Shown here: one piece after another, positions 11,301 through 22,586 of the stretch
Layout of the letters: each line of letters starts with the position of its first letter
Position numbering within the stretch: the stretch's first letter is position 1
Assembly (NCBI RefSeq): GCF_006345805.1
Contig: NW_021833131.1
Location: 1 to 29,188 of the forward strand
Origin: Octopus sinensis
Taxonomy: Eukaryota
Length of the DNA: 29,188 nucleotides
Reading direction: 5' to 3'
Notes under the pieces: model-generated
Told to the model about the DNA's origin: nothing
Seen by the model: only the letters and a program-made list of their open reading frames with translations
Databases searched by the model: none
Translations under genes and position numbers: made by a program

Positions 11301-12069
11301 TACAATTATTATTCTTATTATATTATATTATATCATATCATATTTTTTCGTGTTAATTATATTAAATCGAGGACTATATTCTATTGGTTGCATGCTCGTT
11401 TCGCTAATTTCTGAGTTCATCAAAAGTATTTGAAACAATTTATTCACTATGATAGAATTTATAATACGGAAAAAACGGAAAGAACCGATCGTTCAAACTA
11501 GTAAGAGAAAGTGGAGAGCGGGCGAGAGAAAGGAGGGGAGAAAAAACGAAAAATAAGACAAATTGCTTTGTTTGCAAACTTGTTTTTGCTGCGAATGTTT
11601 ATTGCGTTAAAAAAAAATCATTATATAAATAAGTATAAAACTTCGATTTGTAGGAGGTTATAAAATGGTATAAAGAATACAAAAACTATGAATCTGCAGA
11701 CGAAGTCAATATTTTCAATAGTGTTTGGTATTAAAAATAAGGCATTAAAATTAAATTTATTTTAATTAAAACCGTTATATCTGTATGAGTGAATACTTCT
11801 TGTATTCAAACAGGATTATATTTATTTGACGATATTAATTAATGCGTTATATATATCGAAATTGCGAAGATGATCCGGTTCTTGACTGAAGATTGAAGGC
11901 TTCGAATGTCCCGTCCGTGTTTTTTGTGTCGTCTTCTAATGTTTCACGTTCTTGTCCCAGTTTGTATTTTTTTACTTTTACATATATATATTGATTGCAA
12001 AAGAGACTCACAAATATTATTTAAAATCCTCTAAGCGTAGGAGTGGCTAAGGAGTTTGTTTTCTTATAT

Positions 12070-12116
<47 letters not shown>

Positions 12117-12175
12117 AATATACACAAACATACATATATATACATACACAGACTCACATATATATAAATATAAAC

Positions 12176-12278
12176 GTATTTGCTCAGGAAGAGTACGCAT
12201 CGCCCGATTTAGGTATCAAAAGCACAATTTGATGAACTTGATTCCGAGACTCTCACCACTAAACTACGTGCTTTCACA
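12176..12278 (-). mobile_element. Degenerate tRNA-derived SINE head (third family)
   Basis: rc GTGAAAGCACGTAGTTTAGTGGTGAGAGTCTCGG...TTTGATACC...TTCCTGAGCAAATAC: an A-box-like TAGTTTAGTGG, a decayed B box and a CTTGAGCAA-like core start. Confidence 0.45.
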
Positions 12279-13791
12279 CTGATTATAGATATTGAAAATA
12301 AAAACAAAATATAATCTGCAGCAAATAGTTGTGCCTCAAATACAATTTCCTCTAAACAAACAAAGCCGTAAATCACCTAAATTCTAACAACTGTAAATGC
12401 AGTGAATCTGTAAACGACCGCTAATTTCCAACAATCGGGTTGTGGATATTTTGTACCAATGTCATGACCATACTGCAAATTCAGCCTTAGGGATTTATTA
12501 TTCTGACGACCAAACAATTTACGGCTAACGTACTAATTCAAACCGTGATCAGAATAGTTTCACTCATATAGATATATGCGAAATTTGAAAGTTAATTGTG
12601 GGTTCTTAATTTTACATATCATTTTCCAAGAAAAGGCTATATAACGATAAACCATATTACTAACGAGCAATCTTGCGACATAAGTGCCACAGTGATTTTG
12701 AAATACGCTTAAGTAAGATTTGTGTATGTGTACGAGTGTGTGCTTGTGTACTATATATGTGTGTGTAAGTGTGTGTGTGTGTGTATGTGTGTATGAATGC
12801 TGCAGACTCTTTAATATTTTGCTTTTAGTTATGGGAGCCAAACACGTTTCTAGGCAAAGTATTTTCCTTATACTATATCATTTGTACAACTGCACGTTTG
12901 AATGACCGCCGGCGCGTATGTACGTACATACATAATGTGTGCGTGCGTGTGTATATGTGTATGAGCGTGTATGTGTGTTGCGTATGCTTCTATTTGTACC
13001 AAATTAAATTATGCTCACATCCTTATATGATATCTAATTCTATGGTTTTATATCAATATATTATTTGAATCATCTTGAGTTATAGATTTGTATTTATTGA
13101 TTCTTTTAAAGTTTATTTATTTTAATTTTCTGTTACTTCTTTTTATGAATAGTTCTCAATCCAAAAACTTTTTTGTTTTATATGTAACTAAAGGTCGTAT
13201 TTTAAATAGAAACAAGTAACTTTTAAAACTTGGGCCCTATATTTCTAATTCTATTTCTTATCTTGCATTTACTTCCATTATCTTAATCATATATATATAT
13301 ATATCTCATGTACAAGACTTATAAGAATGGTTATATATTTCTCTCTTATCTTCAAGCGTCTTTGGTTCATCCAATATTGTTCAGCGAACCACAGGAAACC
13401 AACATTGCAACTTGCCATTTCGAATTAAATTTATTTTGGCTCTCAATTAACTGAATATCTTCAAATTAATCTAATTCTAACTTCAAACGACTTAGCTTAC
13501 ATCTAAAGAAATATTAATCCGTACACTTACAACACTAAGTTTTATTATATATGTTTTTTCGAATTAATTTGGCTCAGATTTCATTAACTTAAGAACATTT
13601 TAATTAATTTAATTCCGTTTTTAATCAACTTAGCATATATTAATACGTAGACTTCACGTTTTTGATTAATAATATGTTACTTGGAAATAATGATTAAGAT
13701 TATGACCCCTGATTTAGGGGCAACACCAGGATTGATTGTAAAGATAGAATTGGTTATTTTCATCTACCCTCAGAACTTGAATACCCTCTCC

Positions 13792-14204
13792 CTCTTTTAC
13801 TCTTTTACTTGTTTCAGTCATTTGACTGCGGCCATGCTGGAGCACCGCCTTTAATCGAGCAACGAGACACCGGGACTTATTCTTTTGTAAGCCCAGTACT
13901 TATTCTATCGGTCTCTTTTGCCGAACCGCTAAGTAACGGGGACATAAACACACCAGCATCGGTTGTCAAGCAATGCTAGGGGGACAAACACAGACACACA
14001 AACACACACACGCATATATATATATATATACATATATACGATGGGCTTCTTTCAGTTTCCATCTACCAAATCCACTCACAAGGCTTTGGTCGGCCCGAGG
14101 CTATAGCAGAAGACACTTGCCCAAGATGCCACGCAGTGGGACTGAACCCGGAACCATGTGGTTGGTAAGCAAGCTACTTACCACACAGCCACTCCTGCGC
14201 CTAT
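13792..14204 (-). mobile_element. Family B (CORE-like) tRNA-SINE, full length
   Basis: rc begins ATAGGCGCAGGAGTGGCTGTGTGGTAAG (A box TGGCTGTGTGG), then GGTTCAGTCCC (B box) and ATCTTGGGCAAGTG (MIR CORE-like). It has an internal (TA)n(TG)n and ends in GAAACAAGTAAAAGAGTAAAAGAG. Confidence 0.95.
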
Positions 14205-14919
14205 AGCACATTTTTATGTAGGAAACAACGTTAACCTTCGAGTTATGAGAATGAATAATGTGAAATAGCGGAATGCATTTGTTTAGATGTTCGACAATAA
14301 TGATATCAACACCCTAATTATACGGTTTTCTTATTTCCTTTTAACCACTTCCTAATCTTTCAGCGATTAAAGATGTTTGTTTATTTTAATAATGGCTTCA
14401 TTAAATTAGCTGAATTCTTTAAATATACGTCAGCCTTCTTTGAAAAGTATTTAGTTAACAGAGTTACTCTTAATTCTATTCCTTGTTTTCTTCCTTCTCA
14501 CATTTCCCACTTTACTCTCTTTTTGTTTGTCTTTTAATCATTCTCTTATTTGGGTTTCGTTGTTGTTATCTGTTCCTTATTATTATTTTTTTTCAGGTAC
14601 TTGTACCATATTGCAGAATAAATTGTTTATAGTAGTTTTCGTGAGCTACGAAAGTGGCAATACGAAAATTATGCAGAAAAATAGTGTTCTTCTTAAAAAA
14701 TGTAATAGATATGATATATATCTATATATATCTATATATAAGCAAAACTTCAAATTCTTTATATTTTATTCTCGGAGACAGAGTTTACCCAAAGGAAGGG
14801 TGACAAATAACATCTTTAGTATTCAGGTGTCTGAGATCCCGACAATCCAAACAAAGCTAAAAGGAATTCGAGGACTTGGGAAAAATTACAATATTGCCTA
14901 TAATGACAATTGCAAATTC

Positions 14920-14963
14920 CACTACTACTACTACTACTATTACTACAACTACTGCTGCTGCTG

Positions 14964-14995
<32 letters not shown>

Positions 14996-15013
14996 GCTGC
15001 TGCTGTTGCTGCT
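14920..15013. repeat. (CTA)n/(CTG)n trinucleotide repeat
   Basis: Directly visible. Confidence 0.9.
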
Positions 15014-15125
15014 ATCAGCTGTATTCCTCCCTCACTACACCTCTCCAATCAAAGCTACCGACACACAAAAAAGGAAAAAAAAAAGAAAAACTAGAAACAA
15101 CTGTCTTAAGACTCTTCAAGAAGCG

Positions 15126-15290
15126 GGCGGTATGTGGTCTGCCGTTATGTTCTGAGTTCAAATTCCGCCGAGGCCAACTTTGCCTTTCATCCTTTCGGGG
15201 TCGATTAAATAAGTACCAGTTATGCGCTGGATTCGATGTAACCCATTCGTCTGTCCTTGCTTAGACACCTGTGGACAATAAAGAAACATA
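15126..15290 (+). mobile_element. Family A SINE, 5'-truncated with internal deletions
   Basis: GTTCTGAGTTCAAATTCCGCCGAGGCCAACTTTGCCTTTCATCCTTTCGGGGTCGATTAAATAAGTACCAG...GTGGACAATAAAGAAAC. Confidence 0.9.
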
Positions 15291-15612
15291 TTTTAATTCT
15301 GTCACGACTGACTGCGAACGCTTAGCTAGCAATCGCGTGTGTGTTTGTGTGAGTCTCTGTATGCTTGTGTGTGTGCGTCTGTGTGAATGTGTCTGCGTGA
15401 GTGTGTGCTTGCAAGAGCGTGTACAAGAGCGACCCATCTTTTGCCTGTGCTATATAAAAGCAGCTGGTTTGCAGACACTAAGTTGTTTAGCACTTTTCTC
15501 AAACTGACAACATGATGACAATTGCCGCCATCACCATTATCGCCAACTAATATTATTTCATCGTCTTTCTTCACTCTCGCTTCTCATTATGTCTTGTCAA
15601 CTCTCTCTTTTC

Positions 15613-15682
15613 CACTATCATCATCATCATCACCATCACCATCATCATCATCATCATCATCATTGTCATCATCATCATCATC

Positions 15683-15714
<32 letters not shown>

Positions 15715-15725
15715 CATCATCATTG

Positions 15726-15756
<31 letters not shown>

Positions 15757-15886
15757 TGTCATCATTGTCATCATCATCATCATCATTGTCATCATCATCA
15801 TTATCACTATCATCATCAACATCATCATCATCATCACCATCACCATCATCATCATCATCATCATCATTGTCATCATCATCATCATC

Positions 15887-15918
<32 letters not shown>

Positions 15919-15934
15919 CATCATCATCATTGTC

Positions 15935-15966
<32 letters not shown>

Positions 15967-16105
15967 CATCATCATTGTCATCATTGTCATCATCATCATC
16001 ATCATTGTCATCATCATCATTATCACTATCATCATCAACATCATCATCATCATCACCATCACCATCATCATCATCATCATCATCATTGTCATCATCATCA
16101 TCATC

Positions 16106-16137
<32 letters not shown>

Positions 16138-16220
16138 CATCATCATTGTCATCATCATCATCATCATTATCATCATCATCATCGTGAACATGATCATGAT
16201 CATGATCATCATCATCATCA
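15613..16220. repeat. (CAT)n trinucleotide array with 204-219-bp higher-order repeat
   Basis: About 600 bp of CAT. Interruptions recur at exactly 219 bp (TTATCACTAT at 15801/16020; CAAC at 15817/16036; CACCATCAC at 15835/16054, with an earlier copy at 15631). Confidence 0.95.
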
Positions 16221-16231
16221 ATATATATGTA

Positions 16232-16457
16232 TACTCCTTTACTCTTTTACTCTTTTACTTATTTCAGTCATTTGGCTGCGGCCATGCTGGAGCACCGCCT
16301 TTAGTCGAGCAAATCGACCCCGGGACTTATTCTTTGTAAGCCCAGTACTTGTTATATCGGTCTCTTTTTGCCGAACCGCTAAATGACGGGGACGTAAACA
16401 CACCAGCATCGGTTGTCAAGCAATGCTAGAGGGACAAACACAGACACACAAACATAT

Positions 16458-16501
<44 letters not shown>

Positions 16502-16668
16502 TCGACAGGCTTCTTTCAGTTTCCGTCTACCAAATCCACTCACAAGGCATTGGTCGGCCCGAGGCTATAGCAGAAGACACTTGCCCAAGATTCCATGCAG
16601 TCGGACTGAACCCGGAACCATGTGGTTGGTTAGCAAGCTACTTACCACACAGCCACTCCTGCGCCTAT
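16232..16668 (-). mobile_element. Family B (CORE-like) tRNA-SINE, full length
   Basis: Highly similar to 13792-14204 throughout, with a longer internal microsatellite (~16440-16500). Confidence 0.95.
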
Positions 16669-16669
16669 A

Positions 16670-16714
<45 letters not shown>

Positions 16715-16742
16715 TATATATATACACAACACACACACACAC

Positions 16743-16812
16743 ACGAGGGGTGCGGAGAAGCTCCTGGCTTTAAGGGTATCGCGAAAAGTCTGATTGGAGC
16801 CCCAACCTTCTG
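16743..16812 (+). mobile_element. Single end of a mariner-type non-autonomous element
   Basis: CACGAGGGGTGCGGAGAAGCTCCTGGCTTT resembles mariner TIR starts (TA-CGAGGG..GAAAAGT). No partner TIR was seen, and it is embedded in (CA)n. Confidence 0.45.
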
Positions 16813-16836
16813 ACATCACACACGCACGTACACACT

Positions 16837-16867
<31 letters not shown>

Positions 16868-17234
16868 ACACACACACTTACTTATACATATATTGCGTGT
16901 TCGTTTCTCTTTTGTTTTCCCATATTTGATTTTATTTTTGCTCTTCTATATATATATGACGATATTTCCTCCGTCTGGCTGTTTTTCTTTCTTCGAAACG
17001 AGAAGTTACATTGCGGAACTGTTATTTTAACGAATTTTATCTATTTTTCACCAGATTAGATATATCTACACCGCCGGATGCTCCTGAACCGGGTGTTGAG
17101 TAACCCATCCATGAGGCATCGATGCTAGATGTGTGGAAACAATTGTCGTGATTAATAATAAATTCACGTATATTCCATATTCCGTCTTTCATCTACCATA
17201 TACATAACGATCACTGTGAAAGTGACCGTGCTTA

Positions 17235-17255
17235 AATATACATACATACATTTAC

Positions 17256-17287
<32 letters not shown>

Positions 17288-17370
17288 ATACATATATACA
17301 TACATACAACATACATACATATATATACACATACATACATTTACATATGCATATACATATATATATATAC

Positions 17371-17403
<33 letters not shown>

Positions 17404-17448
17404 CATACCTACATAGATACATATATATATAATATATATATATATATT

Positions 17449-17479
<31 letters not shown>

Positions 17480-17510
17480 TACATATGTGTGTGTGATACA
17501 TATATATAAT
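17235..17510. repeat. (TACA)n/(TA)n compound microsatellite
   Basis: Directly visible. Confidence 0.9.
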
Positions 17511-17927
17511 CTGTTTATTTATAACATAATTGAAACTAGAAAAAATTTACGAAGATTACAAACTTTCGGTTTTATATCAAGAAGTTCTAGAATGTATCTA
17601 TATCTACTAATTGCAAGTTATACGTAGCCTATCAAATATTTTTTTCGCTCACTACAAGAAACACGAGAGTTTTTCTTTTTCTCTCTCTTACAACGCACCT
17701 GAATTTACCATCACCGATATTGTGCCCATTCATCGAGGGCAATAAAATATTGATCAAACTTGTTAAACATTTTTTCGAGTGTATTTGCTTGTTTGAATCA
17801 GTCGTGTCCAGTACGATGGCAAGCGGCTTTTAGTTTATTCATTATATTTTTATTGTGAGTTCAAATGTCTCCGAAGACGAATTTGTGACTCATCAATTCA
17901 GTGAACCTTAAACGAAACTATCAGACA

Positions 17928-18770
17928 TACGACGGTGAACACAAAAGAAACGGGAATTTTGCGATATTATTTTCTATACTTAATTGTATATATTTATACT
18001 TTTATTGTCTTCAAAGTATTCTCCATTTGAAACAGTGCATCGTTCCAGACGCGTTTTGCAAAGCAATGCTGGAACTCTTGCGAAATGATGCCTTTTAACG
18101 CCTCCATCACTTTTCCTTCACCTCTTCCATGTCTGCAAGTTCCATAGCGCCAGATTTCGTCACCAATGATGACCTTCGAAAAACGGTCCGGATCAGTTTC
18201 CAACCGTTCACTACATGCATTCAGTCGTAACTGCATGTGACCTTCCGCAAGCAAATGAGGCACAGATTTTGCTGCAACTCTTTTCATTCGCAATTCCTCG
18301 CTCAAAATCTGCTGGCAGGAACTCCAGGACACATCAGCTATATCAACAAGCTCGTCAGTTGTTCGTTGATTGTCCTTCAGGGTCAGTTCATGAATTTTTA
18401 TGATGTTTTCATTCGTGTGGGAGGTCGATGGACGCTCTGAACGATACAAGAGACCCTTCCCAAAGCGTGACAATCATATATAAGCTTATGTTTTGATTAT
18501 GGCAAGATCCTTTTTTAAAGCAGGATAATTGTTTCGGCCACTATTTTCGTCAGGTGAAACTCACGGAAGCACTCTGTTTCTTCGTTTCAGCCATCATAAA
18601 AGTCGACAAACAAAGACGGACCCCGAGATAGTACGACTCCACTCAACGATGCCGATTGGCATACTGATGCCTGAGGGTGGCATCAAGTGGCTTCTACTGG
18701 CAGAAGCCTGAACTACGAACGGTTTGTCCCACAGAGAACGTTTTCGGTTACTTTTGGGCACTTCCTCTTA
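17928..18770 (-). mobile_element. Mariner (Tc1/mariner) transposon, internally deleted, 843 bp
   Basis: TA at both ends. Degenerate TIRs TACGACGGTGAACACAAAAGAAACGGGAA versus rc TAAGAGGAAGTGCCCAAAAGTAACCGAAA match at 19/29 by eye. Contains transposase remnants. Confidence 0.85.
17995..18597 (-). pseudogene. Mariner transposase pseudogene
   Basis: N-terminus MAETKKQSASV..FHLTKIVAET, HTH region RSERPSTSHTNENIIKIHEL, linker RVAAKSVPHLL (WVPHEL-equivalent), first catalytic motif VIIGDEIWRYG, then C-terminal ADMEEVK / EALKGIISQEFQHCF / RLERCTVSNGEYFEDNK. Frameshifts and stops are present. Confidence 0.9.
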
Positions 18771-20254
18771 TTTTGGGGTCAATTAGTAAATTTTCCCTAT
18801 CAAAATCCGTGCAATTATTTCCTCAATGAAAAAAATCACACACATAAATATACGCTAAGGGAAGTAACTCTGAGTGAGTCATTGTCGTAGTGTTGACGTT
18901 TCACCACTAACAGGATAAACAACATTATTTCTTCTTTGACCGCTGAGTCTACGAAAAGGAGTTACAATTTAGATGAGATTTCGATGCACAAATCTCCGAT
19001 ATCCAAGTGGCGCTCAGGTTTCATGGCCATGATGCAGCCTGAGTTCACCTTAGAGTGTAGAAAGCTTACGGAAGACCTACCTGATTTTTGTACGGTATTC
19101 TACTATGAGGACCTTCGGTTATTTTTCTCTCTGGAGAGTTCCTTATCAACAAATCTGTTTTTATGTGCATGTGTGTGTCTGTCTATGTGTCTTGTACGTC
19201 TATGTATGTGCGTGCGTGTTTTTAGTGCTGGTGCGCATGTCTGAGCGTATAAAATGGCAGTGGATTCTCTGAACTGACTGAGATTCAATGGGAAGTGAAT
19301 CGCTGTATTCTATTTCTTTACGTAGCCAATTGTTACAGCAGCAAGGTCGATAAACTAAAATACCAATCAAAAACCGTGTATTGGTCTAATAGACTACGTT
19401 TTCCGCCAAAATGATTGGCTTTTTGCCTAGGTTGGAAAATCAATATTTATATGTATGTGTAGGAAAAAATTAAATGATAACCTTTAAAATATATAATTTT
19501 TATTTTTATTTCATTTTATATTATATTTTTATATATATTTTTTTTACTTTAAGTTCTATACCTATTTCCTTTACTTTTTTATGTTTATTATTTCATTCTT
19601 ATTTATTTATTGCTATTGTAACTATTCGCTTTAAATTACTTTGTAATATCCTTACAGCATAAATCTCTTTGTAACTTTCTGACAGCCACATCATTATTTC
19701 GTGTAATTGAATTATATACGTATCTAAATTTGTTTTTGAATATATTTATTGATTTTTGAACGAAAAAATATTATTCATTTAATTATTAGTTCTCATTTTA
19801 GTTTCATATTAATAAAGAAGCAAATTAGCTAGAAAAGGAAAATTATTTAACCCGATGGCAATTCCAGTGTTTTCAGCCCTAAATTTTCAACAATAACCAT
19901 TATATAAAGCTTCTTTGCTATTCATTATTACACCACAAAATAAAACATCCTTTATGTTTTACAGTTTTACTAATCTTATTATCTATCATATTCTTTCTTT
20001 TGAGAAATTCGTTCAATTTCAATAATATATTTTTGTTTTTGTGCTGAAATGTTGATGTATAATATGCTTAAGTCGCACTCACTCTCTCTCTCTCTCTCTC
20101 TCGCCCACCTCTTTCTCTAACGCCACACACGCGCAAACATGTACACATATATATACACATACATGTGCACACATTCGTGTGTGTGTGTGAATGTAATGCA
20201 TTGTTAACGAACGATCCGGGCAAACTTTTCATACATATTTCAATTTAATAACTG

Positions 20255-20400
<146 letters not shown>

Positions 20401-20414
20401 ATATTTTAGTGTAA

Positions 20415-20839
20415 ATAATTTAGTCTAAGCAGTTGGTTACATTACAACATTTTACTACTTGTTATGTTGGTCGTAGTCTGTTGGTAATTTTTATTATAGT
20501 ATATGCTACTACTTAACCGTTTGGATGTTTTATCTTTTATATGTTATCACCTTCTTTCAGTCGCTAGAGTACAATAACTTCAAACTATTTAGCAAACACA
20601 CCGCGAAATTTAAGTACAGAGCCAGGTTCACAATGACATATATATGTATAGATATATATATATTTTTGTTTTGATGTATAATATGATTATATATATATAT
20701 ATATCAAAAGGATGTGTTTTAATACTATTCCACACCCATACCAACAATTCAAAATGCCTCCATCATCAGCTGCCCCGCAGATATCATTGTGGTTTTGACA
20801 CCATTCAATCCGGTGGTGCCATCAGCAGTAAAATAATTG

Positions 20840-20881
<42 letters not shown>

Positions 20882-21079
20882 ATTGTGACCCTGGCTCTGT
20901 ACTTAAATTTCCTAGTGTATTTGCTAAATAGTTTGGAGTTATTGTACTCTAGCGACTGAAAAGTGATAACATATAAACGATAAACCATCCATATACTTGA
21001 ATGAAATTTACCGACAGGCTACGACAACATAACAAGTAGTAAAATGTTCCAATGTAACTAACTGTTTACACTAAATTAT
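20415..21079. mobile_element. Foldback/MITE-like element with ~200-220-bp inverted arms
   Basis: Left arm 20415-20637 is the reverse complement of right arm 20879-21079 (e.g. CAGTCGCTAGAGTACAATAAC / GTTATTGTACTCTAGCGACTG; AAATTTAAGTACAGAGCCAGG / CCTGGCTCTGTACTTAAATTT), with some indels. The spacer is (TA)-rich runs around a ~140-bp unique core. Confidence 0.85.
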
Positions 21080-21419
21080 CAGAACAGATTTCATATATCT
21101 CATGTGGAATGATTAGTTCTAACAACTAATTAAATGTTTCAAGCTAATGAGGTTTCTCTATAAACTGGGTTGACTTGTTATACATATATATTGCGACTAA
21201 ATCTCTCTCGTATCATAACTTGCGTATGAAATATGAATGGGTGTCCTGGCCAATGTCGTTTTGTATATACGTTAACACGATCTGCTCACGGCGAGATTGC
21301 TTTAATGTAGGAATTTGGATGGCAGTAGGACTGCTGCCATAAAACATCATCTTCGTAATTAACAACAGCAACAGCAACAACAACAACAACAACAAAATGC
21401 TGCTGAGAAAGTAACAAGG

Positions 21420-21640
21420 AATAATAATTCCAAATTTTGGCAACAGGCCATTAATTTGTAGGAAGTGGGTAAGCCTATTACATCGACCGCAGATTTCCAC
21501 TGGTATATATTTTATCGAGTCGGAAAGGCTGAAAGACAAAGTCGATCTCGGTGGAAGTTGAAATCAGAACATTTAGACGGATGAAATGGTGCTAAGCATT
21601 TTGTCCGGTGTGCTTACGATTCTGTCAGCTCAACGCCTTA
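21420..21640 (-). mobile_element. Family A SINE, diverged, full length
   Basis: rc head TAAGGCGTTGAGCTGACAGAATCGTAAGC, core GAGATCGACTTTGTCTTTCAGCCTTTCC, tail GCCAAAATTTGGAATTATTAT. Confidence 0.8.
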
Positions 21641-21675
21641 TTAGCTAGAAATATTAATGAACTTAAACCACTCTT

Positions 21676-21856
21676 TAAGGTGGCGAGCTGTCAGGACCGT
21701 TAATGTATCAGACATGTTTACTACACTTTATGTTCTTAGTTCAAATCCCGCCGAGGTCAATTTTCCTTTCATTTCTTCAAAGAAATAAAACAAAGAACCA
21801 TTAGGCGACGGGGATCAATGTAACCCAATTCCACCCCACCCCCAAGATTGCTGGCT
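21676..21856 (+). mobile_element. Family A SINE, diverged
   Basis: TAAGGTGGCGAGCTGTCAGGACCGTTA head, TAGTTCAAATCCCGCCGAGGTCAATTTTCCTTTCAT core, CCCCACCCCCAAGATTGCTGGC tail. Confidence 0.75.
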
Positions 21857-21859
21857 GTG

Positions 21860-21965
21860 AAACCTGCTTATGGATTGCTGTGTTGCTCAGGAAAAATGGT
21901 GTTATCTCCGTCATTTATACGCCATAGAAACCGGTTCATCGGCCTTCTGAATCCAAGGGCTCGAC
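21860..21965 (+). mobile_element. Possible degenerate SINE body (V-domain-like)
   Basis: AACCTGCTTATGGATTGCTGTGTTGCTCAGG...TATACGCCATAGAAACCGG loosely resembles the CCTGCGATGGACTGGCGTCCCATCCAGGG motif of V-type SINEs; weak. Confidence 0.3.
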
Positions 21966-22311
21966 AAAAATAAAGCAAATATTCACCAGGTTTCCAAAAC
22001 CCATCTATCCCCTACAAAAACAAAATGATCGTTTACATAGCTCTTGCACTATATGAAAATGTGATGGAATGTACTAAGCAATTTGAAGTAAGAAAACTTC
22101 GCGTCTTTTTGTAGCGATAAATCTGAGGAAATGCGTCAAGTTACTGAAAGAAAGGAAGAACTTACTGGAACAAGTAAAGAGTAATGTGAAGCAAAACAGA
22201 CATTATTCGATATTGGTCCTATATCTGGTTCAAACCAAATACTTAAGTATAATAGTGGTTTGTCTGTATAACACCTCCGTCTTTTGCTCAGTATTTCTGT
22301 CTGACTCCCTC

Positions 22312-22358
<47 letters not shown>

Positions 22359-22445
22359 TCTATCTGGACGTTTTGTTGTCCCTTTTTCTATCACCTAGTT
22401 TGTCCGGATGTTTTGCGTTCTTGTCCCATTTTGTAAATATATATA

Positions 22446-22586
22446 TACCAAATCCACTCACAAGGCTTTAGTCGGTCCGAGGCTATAGAAGAAGACAGTT
22501 GCCCAAGGTGCCACGCAGTGGGAATGAACCCGGAACCATGTGGTTGGTAAGCAAGCTACTTACCACTCAGCAACTCCTGCGCCTAT
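22446..22586 (-). mobile_element. Family B SINE, 5' head and CORE only
   Basis: Near-identical to 14065-14204; stops before the internal microsatellite. Confidence 0.92.

Noticed and set aside
11890-11990. CTGAAGA followed by a T-rich tail similar to 22360-22435
   Set aside because: No GAAA or stem II follows. It is probably a dispersed repeat remnant that cannot be classified from this window.
13792-14204. tRNA genes at the SINE heads
   Set aside because: They have A/B boxes but no complete cloverleaf and continue into SINE bodies; they are tRNA-derived, not tRNA genes.
15522-16386. Long ORFs encoding poly-Ser, poly-His and poly-Met
   Set aside because: They are automatic translations of the (CAT)n array; the His ORF runs on into a SINE, and there is no splice or homology support.
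18936-19244. 102-aa ORF and nested palindrome CTCAGG..TCATGGCCATGA..CCTGAG (~19013-19043)
   Set aside because: It has a TTG start, no recognisable domain or splice sites, and ends in a TG repeat; the palindrome is short.
20775-20835. Hammerhead-like core in the foldback spacer (rc CTGCTGAT-GGCACCA..TGGTGTC-AAAAC)
   Set aside because: A stem II-like hairpin is present, but two invariant core positions are changed and stems I and III are absent.
21307-21340. Small hairpin ATGGCAG-TAGGACTG-CTGCCAT followed by AAAAC
   Set aside because: It superficially resembles a hammerhead stem II, but there is no CUGANGA core, and a 7-bp stem is expected by chance.
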